Source: Bacilli bacterium (GTDB taxonomy: Bacteria > Bacillota_I > Bacilli_A > RF39 > UBA660). From it: a stretch of DNA of 64,000 bases. Numbering within the stretch: position 1 is the first letter of the stretch; every line of letters begins with the position of its first letter. Below, in pieces: positions 20,386-27,580 of this stretch. A program made the position numbers and the translations under genes. The stretch spans positions 15,565 to 79,564 of the forward strand of contig JAFQES010000008.1 of assembly GCA_017398945.1 (NCBI GenBank), given 5' to 3'. The notes under the pieces were generated by a model. It was not told the origin of the DNA. It did not search any database and was given only the letters and a program-made list of their open reading frames with translations.

Positions 20386-22167
20386 ATGTTTGGAAGAATT
20401 TTATATATTTCCGATAATATTGCAGAAGTAGAAAATGTAGCACAAGGAACAATTACAGCTGACTTAATGAATGTTCATGTGATTTTCGAATCACAAGATC
20501 AAAGAATTTTAGGAGAAATTACAGAATTAAACGATAAAACCATGAAAATAAGGTTTTTAGGAGAATACATTAATGGTAAATACGTAAATGGTATTATGCG
20601 TAAGCCATTATTATCTTCTAAAATAAGAATTATTAGTAATAATGAATTATTAGAATTAGTTGGACAACCAACCAATAAAAGTTTTACTTTAGGAAAAAGT
20701 GCTGTATACAAAAACTATACCATTTATCCGGAAATAAATAGTTTTTTTTCAAGCCATCTAGCTATATTTGGTAACTCAGGTAGTGGTAAATCTTGTGGAG
20801 TAGCAAGAATTGTTCAAAATGTATTTTCTAATCCAAGCATGTTATCATCTAATGCGAACCTTTTTATTTTTGATGCTTATGGTGAATATAAAAATGCCTT
20901 TGCAGCTATAAGTAATTACAACGAAAACTATAATTATAAATTTATAACTACAAACCCAGAAGATGAAAATGATTTTCTACTTCAAATCCCAACTCATTTA
21001 CTTACATTAGATGACTGGGCATTAATGTTACAAGCATCTAATCATAGTCAATTACCAATCATTGAAAGAACTATCAAGCTAGCTAAGATATTTGCTCAAA
21101 ATGACCAAGCTGCTCAAGCATATAAGAGTCATCTAATAGCTAAAGCTCTACTTGCTGTATTATTTAGTAGTGAAACAACCGCCTTAAAGAAAAATCAAAT
21201 CTTTACTATTATTGAAGTATGTAATACCCCTGAATTTAACTTTGGTAGTGTAATTCCTGGATTAGGTTATACTAGAACATTAAGCGAATGCTTTGAAATA
21301 GATTCCAACGGAAACTTTGGTGAAAGTGTTTTAATTACTAATTATATTCTAAGCTTTATCAAAGATGATATTGAAAATATTACCGTACCAACTGATAGTT
21401 TCTATTCGATAAGAGATTTTGCTAAAGCCATGGAATTTACTTTGATTAGTGAAGGATTCCAAAACAATGAAAACTTATATTCAGATTCAATTATTTTAAA
21501 AGTACGTTTAAACGCTATTATAACAAGTAAAGTAGGTAGCTATTTTGAGGGAAATGGTTATACACCAGTTGAAAAATATATTACATCATTAATCGATAAA
21601 CGTGGTAAAAAATCGCAAATTATTAATATTAACTTAGAAGATATCGACGATGTTTATGCTAAAGTAATTGTTAAAATATTCTGTCGCTTATTATTTGAAT
21701 ATAATAAAAATCGTAAAGAAAGAGCTCAAGTACCATACCATTTATTCTTAGAAGAAGCTCATAGATACATTCAAAAAGATTCTGATACATTCTTAATCGG
21801 ATACAACATCTTTGATCGTATCGCTAAAGAAGGAAGAAAATACGGTGTTATTTTAGATATAATTAGTCAACGTCCAGTTGAAATATCAGATACAGTTATA
21901 GCTCAGTGTTCAAACTTTTTAATCTTTAAAATGACCCATCCACTAGATATAAAATACATTGAAGAAATGTTACCAAATATCTCTAGTGATGTAATTGAAA
22001 AGCAAAAAGTATTACAACCGGGAAGTTGTGTAGGTTTTGGAGGGGCATTCAAAATTCCTATGATTGTTAAATTAGACATGCCAAATCCATCACCAGCATC
22101 TGCAAACTGTGATGTATCAACTTGTTGGGCAAACAATAATCAAATAGAAAACGGAAACGAGGTTTAA
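20386..22167 (+). CDS. HerA/DUF87-family ATPase with an N-terminal HAS-barrel
   Basis: HAS-barrel-like N-terminus (GRILYISDNIAEVENV...ILGEITELNDKTMKIRFLGE). Walker A AIFGNSGSGKSCGV. Walker B YHLFLEEAHRY. EGRKYGVILDIISQRPVEISDTVIAQCSNFLIFKMTHPLD and LQPGSCVGFGGAF, typical of the HerA/COG0433 C-terminus. Confidence 0.8.
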   Translation: MFGRILYISDNIAEVENVAQGTITADLMNVHVIFESQDQRILGEITELNDKTMKIRFLGEYINGKYVNGIMRKPLLSSKIRIISNNELLELVGQPTNKSFTLGKSAVYKNYTIYPEINSFFSSHLAIFGNSGSGKSCGVARIVQNVFSNPSMLSSNANLFIFDAYGEYKNAFAAISNYNENYNYKFITTNPEDENDFLLQIPTHLLTLDDWALMLQASNHSQLPIIERTIKLAKIFAQNDQAAQAYKSHLIAKALLAVLFSSETTALKKNQIFTIIEVCNTPEFNFGSVIPGLGYTRTLSECFEIDSNGNFGESVLITNYILSFIKDDIENITVPTDSFYSIRDFAKAMEFTLISEGFQNNENLYSDSIILKVRLNAIITSKVGSYFEGNGYTPVEKYITSLIDKRGKKSQIININLEDIDDVYAKVIVKIFCRLLFEYNKNRKERAQVPYHLFLEEAHRYIQKDSDTFLIGYNIFDRIAKEGRKYGVILDIISQRPVEISDTVIAQCSNFLIFKMTHPLDIKYIEEMLPNISSDVIEKQKVLQPGSCVGFGGAFKIPMIVKLDMPNPSPASANCDVSTCWANNNQIENGNEV

Positions 22168-22169
22168 AA

Positions 22170-23324
22170 ATGAAAAAGATAGAAAAATATATAATAGCAG
22201 TAATAACCCTAATCGCAATTGGAGCTATAGGAACAGCAATTTATTTTGGGCTGAATAAAACTGATGAGGTGAATAACAAGCTTGAAAACAATGTTGAAAC
22301 AAATAAAGATGATCAAGAAAATACTACAAAAAAAACTACTTTAACATTTTATAAAAATGATAAAGTACTATCTACGTTTGAATGTGATGGAGAATGTCGT
22401 GTGGTAACTTTCGATCAGGATTATTTCGAAGATTCGGATTACTATGTTAAAATTAAAGAAAATATTGAAGGTGAATCAGTTCAATATTTAGGATCTCAAA
22501 ATATTAATGTAATTATAGAATATTGTAAAAATGATATCTGTCAAGGCATAAATTCTTATAACAAAGATTACTTTGAACCTAAAATCGAAAAAAATAAGGC
22601 TGTCGGAATAGTATTATTATATAATATAGAAACCGGAAATTATAATAATTATAATAACATATCGAAAACTTTTTATGGAACTAATATGACTATTTTAGAA
22701 AATAAACAAAACAACGAATACAATTACACAGTATTACTTAAAAATGGTTTTTCACGCGAATTGACAACAACGCCAACTATCTATGATGAAGGAAATCGCC
22801 ATATGAAATTCCCTAAAACAGACGGGGACGTGTTAATTAGCGAAAATAATTATAAATTTGGTGTAGAAGAATTAAAAACTGGTAAAGTGATTATTAAACA
22901 CGAATACGATGACATTTACAGCTACGATGAAGATACATATGTTGCGAAAAAAGATGGTTCATATAATGTATACAATTCCAAAACAAATACAAAATTATTT
23001 AATAAAGATTACAAAATAATTTATAAAATTAATAACAACTCATATATGGTCTTAAATGAAAATAAAGTTCAAGTTATAAATGAAAAAGAGAAGATAATCT
23101 CTAAAAATAATTTTGAAGTTAAAGAAGTTTGTAAAAATTCATACATGCAAAGAGGTTATAGGGCATATGAACAGGATGGTAAATATCATATCGATATATG
23201 TGCATCAGATAAAATAGATAAAAATGGTGTAGCTATTGGCAGCTATGAAGCAGAACTTAACTATAAATATGATCTAAAAACAAGAAAATTTGAAGGAATA
23301 ATTAATTATAATTGGTCTGAATAA
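22170..23324 (+). CDS. Membrane-anchored extracytoplasmic protein with a Cys-rich region and WG-repeat-like beta repeats
   Basis: Starts 2 nt after the HerA-like stop, with its SD (GAGG) inside the HerA 3' end. N-terminal TM segment YIIAVITLIAIGAIGTAIYFGL. Repeats of the type YKFGVEELKTGKVIIKHEYDDIYSYDEDTYVAKKDGSYNVYN. Confidence 0.65.
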   Translation: MKKIEKYIIAVITLIAIGAIGTAIYFGLNKTDEVNNKLENNVETNKDDQENTTKKTTLTFYKNDKVLSTFECDGECRVVTFDQDYFEDSDYYVKIKENIEGESVQYLGSQNINVIIEYCKNDICQGINSYNKDYFEPKIEKNKAVGIVLLYNIETGNYNNYNNISKTFYGTNMTILENKQNNEYNYTVLLKNGFSRELTTTPTIYDEGNRHMKFPKTDGDVLISENNYKFGVEELKTGKVIIKHEYDDIYSYDEDTYVAKKDGSYNVYNSKTNTKLFNKDYKIIYKINNNSYMVLNENKVQVINEKEKIISKNNFEVKEVCKNSYMQRGYRAYEQDGKYHIDICASDKIDKNGVAIGSYEAELNYKYDLKTRKFEGIINYNWSE

Positions 23325-23382
23325 AAATCATGTAAACATATGTAAAAAATACATAAGGAATTACATATTATTATAATATTTG

Positions 23383-23391
23383 TGTTATAAT
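23383..23391 (+). promoter_or_regulatory. Extended -10 promoter (TGtTATAAT) for the structured RNA
   Basis: tgttataat at 23383-23391. The predicted start near G23398 coincides with the 5' arm of the closing helix. Confidence 0.5.
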
Positions 23392-23397
23392 AAAAAT

Positions 23398-23578
23398 GCC
23401 TGAGAAGAGTAGTTTGTTTTATATAAAACCGACTAAGATAAAATATAGGGAATCTAATTGGTGTATTGTGTTGAAGACTGATCCATTAAGTGAATCAGAA
23501 TCCTAATATGCATCATGTGATGCCCACCTCGCGAGAGCGGGTTTTTATCACTGACAAACTCCTTCTTGGGTTTTTATT
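23398..23578 (+). ncRNA. ssrS: Candidate 6S RNA (ssrS / bsrA-like) in the aspS-side to tcdA intergenic slot
   Basis: About 180 nt with its own promoter. The 5' end CCTGAGAAG..TTTGT (23399-23417) pairs with the 3' end ACAAA..CTTCTTGGG (23554-23570). A second helix pairs ATAAAACCG (23423-23431) with CGGGTTTTTAT (23538-23548). There is a large internal region with an apical hairpin (CTGAT/ATCAG, 23478-23498) and a U-tract at 23571-23578. B. subtilis 6S-1 (bsrA) is encoded in the aspS-yrvM(tcdA) intergenic region. Confidence 0.5.
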
Positions 23579-23590
23579 TGGAGGTAAAAT

Positions 23591-24274
23591 ATGTTTGATA
23601 AGCTAAATAAACTTATATCAGAAAAACATTTTAAAATAATGCAAAATACCCACATATTACTAGTAGGTATAGGTGGAGTAGGAGGTTATGCTTTTGAAGC
23701 TCTAGTACGTAGCGGAATAGGCAAAATAACCATTATTGATCACGATGTAATTGATATTACAAATTTAAATAGACAAATCATTACAAATCAAGAGAATATT
23801 AATCAAAAGAAAATTGCTGAAGCAAAAAAAAGAGCTTTAGAAATAAATCCTGGATGTGAAATAATTACTCATGATTTATTTTTAGATGAATCAAATATAG
23901 ATGAAATATTTAAAGATAAATTTGATTATATCATCGATGCTTGTGATACCATTACTACAAAAGTTTTACTTGTAAAAAAAGCTCAAGAATTAAATATTAA
24001 ATTAATTTCTTGTATGGGTACTGGAAATAGATTAGATCCTTCTAAAGTAATGATTACAAAACTAAATAAGACTTATAATGATCCATTAGCTAAGGTAATG
24101 CGTAAGCTTTTAAAAGATAATAATTTAAAGACAAATATCAATGTTGTTTGGAGTAGTGAATTGCCAATTAAAACTCGTGATAGAAAACCAAGTTCAATTA
24201 TCTTAGTTCCAAGCGTAGCCGGAATTTATGCTGCTTCATATATAATTAATGACATATTAAAAACTGATTTATAA
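23591..24274 (+). CDS. tcdA: tRNA threonylcarbamoyladenosine dehydratase (ThiF/MoeB-fold, TcdA/YrvM)
   Basis: HILLVGIGGVGGYAFEALVRSGIGKITIIDHDVIDITNLNRQI, IIDACDT, CMGTGNRLDP, YNDPLAKVMRKLL. Confidence 0.85.
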   Translation: MFDKLNKLISEKHFKIMQNTHILLVGIGGVGGYAFEALVRSGIGKITIIDHDVIDITNLNRQIITNQENINQKKIAEAKKRALEINPGCEIITHDLFLDESNIDEIFKDKFDYIIDACDTITTKVLLVKKAQELNIKLISCMGTGNRLDPSKVMITKLNKTYNDPLAKVMRKLLKDNNLKTNINVVWSSELPIKTRDRKPSSIILVPSVAGIYAASYIINDILKTDL

Positions 24275-24283
24275 TCGGTCTTT

Positions 24284-25477
24284 TTATTTGGTAAATTCTT
24301 GATGAATCTTATTTATATTATTTTCATATTTATTATTAGCTGGATGATAATATTTTTTATTTTTAATCTTATCTGGTAAATATTGTTGCTTTACATAACT
24401 ATTTGGATAATTATGGGGATACAAATAATCTATGCTATGGGTTTTAATGTGATTAGGAACTTGCCCAGTATTTCCTTTTTCTAAATCTTCTAAAACTGCA
24501 TTCAAAGCTATATGAGCACTATTACTTTTAGGAGATAAAGCCATCTCAGTCACAATAGTACCTAAAGGAATTCTGGCTTCTGGTAACCCAACTAATTCAC
24601 TAGCTGAAATAGCTGCCATAATCTTAGGACCAATACCAGGATTAGCTAAACCAATATCTTCATAAGCAATTACTGATAAACGTCTATAGATACTATCTAA
24701 ATCGCCACCTTTAATTAACTTTCCCAGGTAATATAATGAAGCATCAACATCACTACCACGAATCGACTTTTGTAAAGCACTTAAAATATCATAGTGATTA
24801 TCTTCATCATTATCAAAAGAAAAGTTAGCTTTACTTGAAATTGTTTTTAATAAATCAATATCTATACGTTTATCAGAAGAAGAGTAGTAAGCTACTTCTA
24901 AAGTATTTAAAGCATTTCTTAAATCTCCTCCGGCATGATAAGTAATATATTTAATTGCATCACCATCAATTTGACAATCAGGTAAAGCTTTAGCCCCTTT
25001 TAAAATACCGTCTTCGATATCTTCATCATTTAAATCATGTAATTCAAATATTTGGCATCTGCTTCTAATCGCTGGATTTATTTTAAAATATGGATTAGAT
25101 GTAGTTAAACCTATCAAAATAATTAAGCCAGATTCAATATGAGGAAGCAGTATATCTTGTTTATCTTTATTCATTCGATGAATTTCATCAACCACCAATA
25201 TTAATTCACCATACATTGCAGCTTCTTTTATAGCAATATCAAAATCACTTTTATTATTAATTGTAGCATTTAAAAAACGATGATGAATATCAAGCTCACT
25301 AACAATCGCCTGAGCAATACTTGTTTTACCAATACCAGGTCGACCATACAAAATCATCGAAAATAATTTCTTATTTTTAATCATATTACTAATAACTTTA
25401 TTTTCTCCAACTAAATGTTTCTGACCAATTACTTCGCTTAAAGATTTTGGTCTTAGTTCATTTGATAAAAGCTTCAT
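24284..25477 (-). CDS. rarA: Replication-associated recombination protein A (AAA+ ATPase)
   Basis: LRPKSLSEVIGQKHL, Walker A LYGRPGIGKTS, Walker B LVVDEIHR, NPA..SRC, YHYD..SA..KS.RGSD.DA..YYL, GLPE. Confidence 0.92.
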   Translation of the reverse strand: MKLLSNELRPKSLSEVIGQKHLVGENKVISNMIKNKKLFSMILYGRPGIGKTSIAQAIVSELDIHHRFLNATINNKSDFDIAIKEAAMYGELILVVDEIHRMNKDKQDILLPHIESGLIILIGLTTSNPYFKINPAIRSRCQIFELHDLNDEDIEDGILKGAKALPDCQIDGDAIKYITYHAGGDLRNALNTLEVAYYSSSDKRIDIDLLKTISSKANFSFDNDEDNHYDILSALQKSIRGSDVDASLYYLGKLIKGGDLDSIYRRLSVIAYEDIGLANPGIGPKIMAAISASELVGLPEARIPLGTIVTEMALSPKSNSAHIALNAVLEDLEKGNTGQVPNHIKTHSIDYLYPHNYPNSYVKQQYLPDKIKNKKYYHPANNKYENNINKIHQEFTK

Positions 25478-25558
25478 AAAATCACCTTAAATTATTATAA
25501 CAAATAATTCTTGTTTTACCAAATTATGTTTAATATAATAAAGATGAGGATTGATTAC

Positions 25559-26434
25559 ATGAAAGAGTTAGAAAAATATCTTGATTATTTACGATTCGAA
25601 AGAAAATTATCAAATAATACAATTGCATCTTATGAAAACGATTTATTAATGCTATATAATACATTAAATAAACCTTTTACAAGCATCACAACATCAGATA
25701 TAAGAGATTACTTAGTAAAATCTAATCAAAAAAGCGATCGTACAAGAGCTCACAATATAACCGTATTTAATAATTTTTATACTTTTTTAGTATCAGAAAA
25801 TATAATGGCTAAAAATCCATGCGAAGATATATCTCAACCAAAATTAACTAAAAAACTTCCTAAATACCTTACTATAGAAGAAGTAGATAAACTATTAGAT
25901 ATTAAATTAAATACACCTTTAGATTATCGTAATAAAGCGATGTTAGAACTATTATATGCAACCGGTGTTAGAATAAGTGAACTTCTTGATTTAAAATTAA
26001 GCGATATTGATTTAGAAGAAGCTTTTATTAGAGTAATAGGAAAGGGTGACAAACAAAGAATAGTTCCCATGGGAGATATTGCAATTAAATACTTAAAAAT
26101 GTATCTTTTAGAAAACCGTAATTTTTTAATAAAGAAAAAATCTAGTGAATATGTATTCTTAAATAATTATGGAAATCAAATGACTAGACAAGGTTTCTTT
26201 AAAATACTAAAAAAACAGTGCCTTATAAGCGGAATTAAGCAAGATATTAGTCCACATACTCTAAGACATTCTTTCGCTTCACATTTGCTAAATAATGGGG
26301 CAGATTTAAGAGTAATTCAAGAACTTTTAGGACATACTGATATTTCTACAACCCAAATATATACACATTTATCTACAGATAAATTAAAAAGTGATTATAA
26401 AGCACATCCCCATCAAAAAAAGGAACATAATTAA
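25559..26434 (+). CDS. xerD: Tyrosine site-specific recombinase XerD/XerC type
   Basis: YLDYLRFERKLSNNTIASYENDL, ELLYATGVRISEL, GKGDKQRIVP, HTLRHSFASHLL..GADLR.IQELLGH..ISTTQIYTH. GAGGA SD before ATG 25559. Confidence 0.88.
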   Translation: MKELEKYLDYLRFERKLSNNTIASYENDLLMLYNTLNKPFTSITTSDIRDYLVKSNQKSDRTRAHNITVFNNFYTFLVSENIMAKNPCEDISQPKLTKKLPKYLTIEEVDKLLDIKLNTPLDYRNKAMLELLYATGVRISELLDLKLSDIDLEEAFIRVIGKGDKQRIVPMGDIAIKYLKMYLLENRNFLIKKKSSEYVFLNNYGNQMTRQGFFKILKKQCLISGIKQDISPHTLRHSFASHLLNNGADLRVIQELLGHTDISTTQIYTHLSTDKLKSDYKAHPHQKKEHN

Positions 26435-26452
26435 CGTTCCTTTTGTTTTTTA
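26417..26452. terminator. Bidirectional terminator between xerD and the small basic ORF
   Basis: aaaaaaaggaac-ataattaac-gttcct-tttgtttttt: a 6-bp GC-containing stem flanked by an A-run and a T-run. Confidence 0.45.
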
Positions 26453-26457
26453 AATAA

Positions 26458-26613
26458 CTATTTACTGTTGTTATTACGTTTATTAGCATTACTTCTGCTA
26501 CTATTATTCTTGCTATTTCTAGATTCTTGTTGTTTAGAAGATCTTTCATTAGCACGAGAATTATTATTTCTAGCATTAGCCTTGCTATTATTATTTCTTG
26601 AACTATTATTCAT
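26458..26613 (-). CDS. Unannotated 51-aa highly basic Asn/Ser/Arg-rich low-complexity protein
   Basis: GGAGG SD 7 nt upstream of ATG (26613). Translation: MNNSSRNNNSKANARNNNSRANERSSKQQESRNSKNNSSRSNANKRNNNSK. Contains RNNNS[KR]AN repeats. Below the 60-aa ORF-track cutoff. A terminator follows. Confidence 0.55.
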   Translation of the reverse strand: MNNSSRNNNSKANARNNNSRANERSSKQQESRNSKNNSSRSNANKRNNNSK

Positions 26614-26689
26614 AATCTTACCTCCTACTTATATTATGGTAAGAATTTAATTAATAATGCGATATAAATAGTGGTAATAATTGGCTAAT

Positions 26690-27094
26690 TTATTCTGGTT
26701 TAACACGTATTTTATAATGTTTTGCTCTAAAGCAGTAATCCGGATAGTCTTCCCAAGAAGGTATTAATATCCCTCCATTATTTAGAGCCACTTTAGATGA
26801 AGCTTTATTTACCGCTACTATATATAATTCTAGTAAATCATCTTGATATATATTATACATTAATCTTTTTAATAAGCCTAATGCATCTGTAGCAATATGC
26901 ATTTTTTGGTATTGAGGAAAAACAGAATACATGACTTCATTATTCATTTCTGGATCAAAACCAATCGTCCCAACAACTTCATTTGTCTTAAGTAAAATAA
27001 TATTATAAATTTTTCTCATAGTGCTACTAGATTTGTGCGATAAAACTAGAGCAATACGATCATCATTTATTATATAAGCATCATTACTTTCCAT
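26690..27094 (-). CDS. GNAT-family N-acetyltransferase-like protein
   Basis: 134 aa. IGF...V.P.YQ..HIATDALGLL motif-A-like segment and NKASSKVALNNGG, typical of the RimJ/RimL-type GNAT C-terminus. Confidence 0.5.
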   Translation of the reverse strand: MESNDAYIINDDRIALVLSHKSSSTMRKIYNIILLKTNEVVGTIGFDPEMNNEVMYSVFPQYQKMHIATDALGLLKRLMYNIYQDDLLELYIVAVNKASSKVALNNGGILIPSWEDYPDYCFRAKHYKIRVKPE

Positions 27095-27121
27095 AAAAAA
27101 TCCCCCAAGTAGATACTATTG

Positions 27122-27154
27122 TAACATAAAAATTATATGTTTTCATGAAATTTA
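27122..27154 (+). repeat. Direct repeat copy 1 (33 nt, 32/33 identical to copy 2)
   Basis: taacataaaaattatatgttttcatgaaattta. Contains the imperfect palindrome AACATA-N7-TATGTT. Confidence 0.9.
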
Positions 27155-27191
27155 ACAATTATTATATTTTTATAAAAAGCTATTTGTTTGC

Positions 27192-27220
27192 TTGTTTTAA
27201 AAATATATCTGTAGTATATT
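27192..27220 (+). promoter_or_regulatory. Candidate promoter of the small-peptide mRNA
   Basis: TTGTTT (27192-27197), 17 nt spacer, TATATT (27215-27220). The predicted start is just before the 5' helix arm at 27229. Confidence 0.4.
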
Positions 27221-27228
27221 AGTTACTA

Positions 27229-27460
27229 GGAAATACTAACTGTTGAGTACTTGCCAAACTTCAAAAGAAGGGTGGCTTGATATTATGAAGAGAAAAGATC
27301 TATTAATCTCATTTCTAATACTAATTATCATTTTATTAATAGTCTCTTTAATGATTCTATGCATAAAAAAATAGTACTCAATCCGAAGAATAAGTACTTA
27401 AACAATTAACTTGGGCAAGTACTCAACAAGCGAAAGTTAAGTATTTCCCATTTTTATTTT
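27229..27460 (+). other. Small-peptide mRNA with a 5'/3' long-range helix and a terminal U-tract
   Basis: gttgagtacttgcc (27242-27255) is perfectly complementary to ggcaagtactcaac (27414-27427). ggaaatactaac (27229-27240) pairs with gttaagtatttcc (27436-27448) with one bulge. tttttatttt follows at 27451-27460. Confidence 0.6.
27285..27374 (+). CDS. 29-aa hydrophobic peptide, type I toxin-like
   Basis: MKRKDLLISFLILIIILLIVSLMILCIKK: charged ends and a single TM helix. SD-like GAAGGGTGG lies about 10 nt upstream. Below the ORF-track cutoff. Confidence 0.5.
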   Translation: MKRKDLLISFLILIIILLIVSLMILCIKK

Positions 27461-27480
27461 ATGCAAGATTTCTTTCTTAC
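27365..27480 (-). ncRNA. Candidate cis-antisense RNA (antitoxin-like) overlapping the 3' end of the peptide mRNA
   Basis: Minus-strand promoter: TTGTCA (27515-27510), 17 nt spacer, TACTAT (27492-27487). Minus-strand terminator: AGTACT-tatt-C(UUCG)G-attg-AGTACT hairpin (27373-27398) followed by U7 (plus-strand A-run 27365-27371). Confidence 0.4.
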
Positions 27481-27536
27481 ATACTAATAGTATCATAACT
27501 TTACTATTTTGACAAGTAAAGCATTTTAAATAAAAA

Positions 27537-27569
27537 TAACATAAAAATTATATGTTTTCATAAAATTTA
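27537..27569 (+). repeat. Direct repeat copy 2, immediately upstream of the zupT SD
   Basis: taacataaaaattatatgttttcataaaattta, 415 bp from copy 1. Confidence 0.9.
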
Positions 27570-27580
27570 TTGGTGATTTT

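Noticed and set aside
23398-23578. TPP, cobalamin or THF riboswitch upstream of the ThiF-fold gene
   Set aside because: Fragments look suggestive: CTGAGA and CTGATCC (TPP-like), AGGGAATC..GGTG (B12-like), GAGTAG, TTAAGTG and GCGAGAGCG (THF-like). Their order and spacing do not fit any of these consensus architectures. The downstream gene is TcdA rather than ThiF. Synteny with B. subtilis bsrA favours a 6S RNA.
26373-26650. Track ORFs 26373..26576 (-) and 26468..26650 (+)
   Set aside because: Both are Leu/Ile/Phe-rich alternative-frame translations of the biased AAT/AGA-rich segment. Neither has an SD. The 67-aa one overlaps the xerD 3' end and the terminator. The 51-aa frame with a GGAGG SD is preferred.
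27122-27154. The repeat core as a canonical Firmicute Zur box
   Set aside because: AACATA-N7-TATGTT is palindromic and well placed, but it does not resemble the Bacillus Zur consensus as I remember it (TCGTAAT-N-ATTACGA core). I kept it only as an unspecified operator hypothesis.
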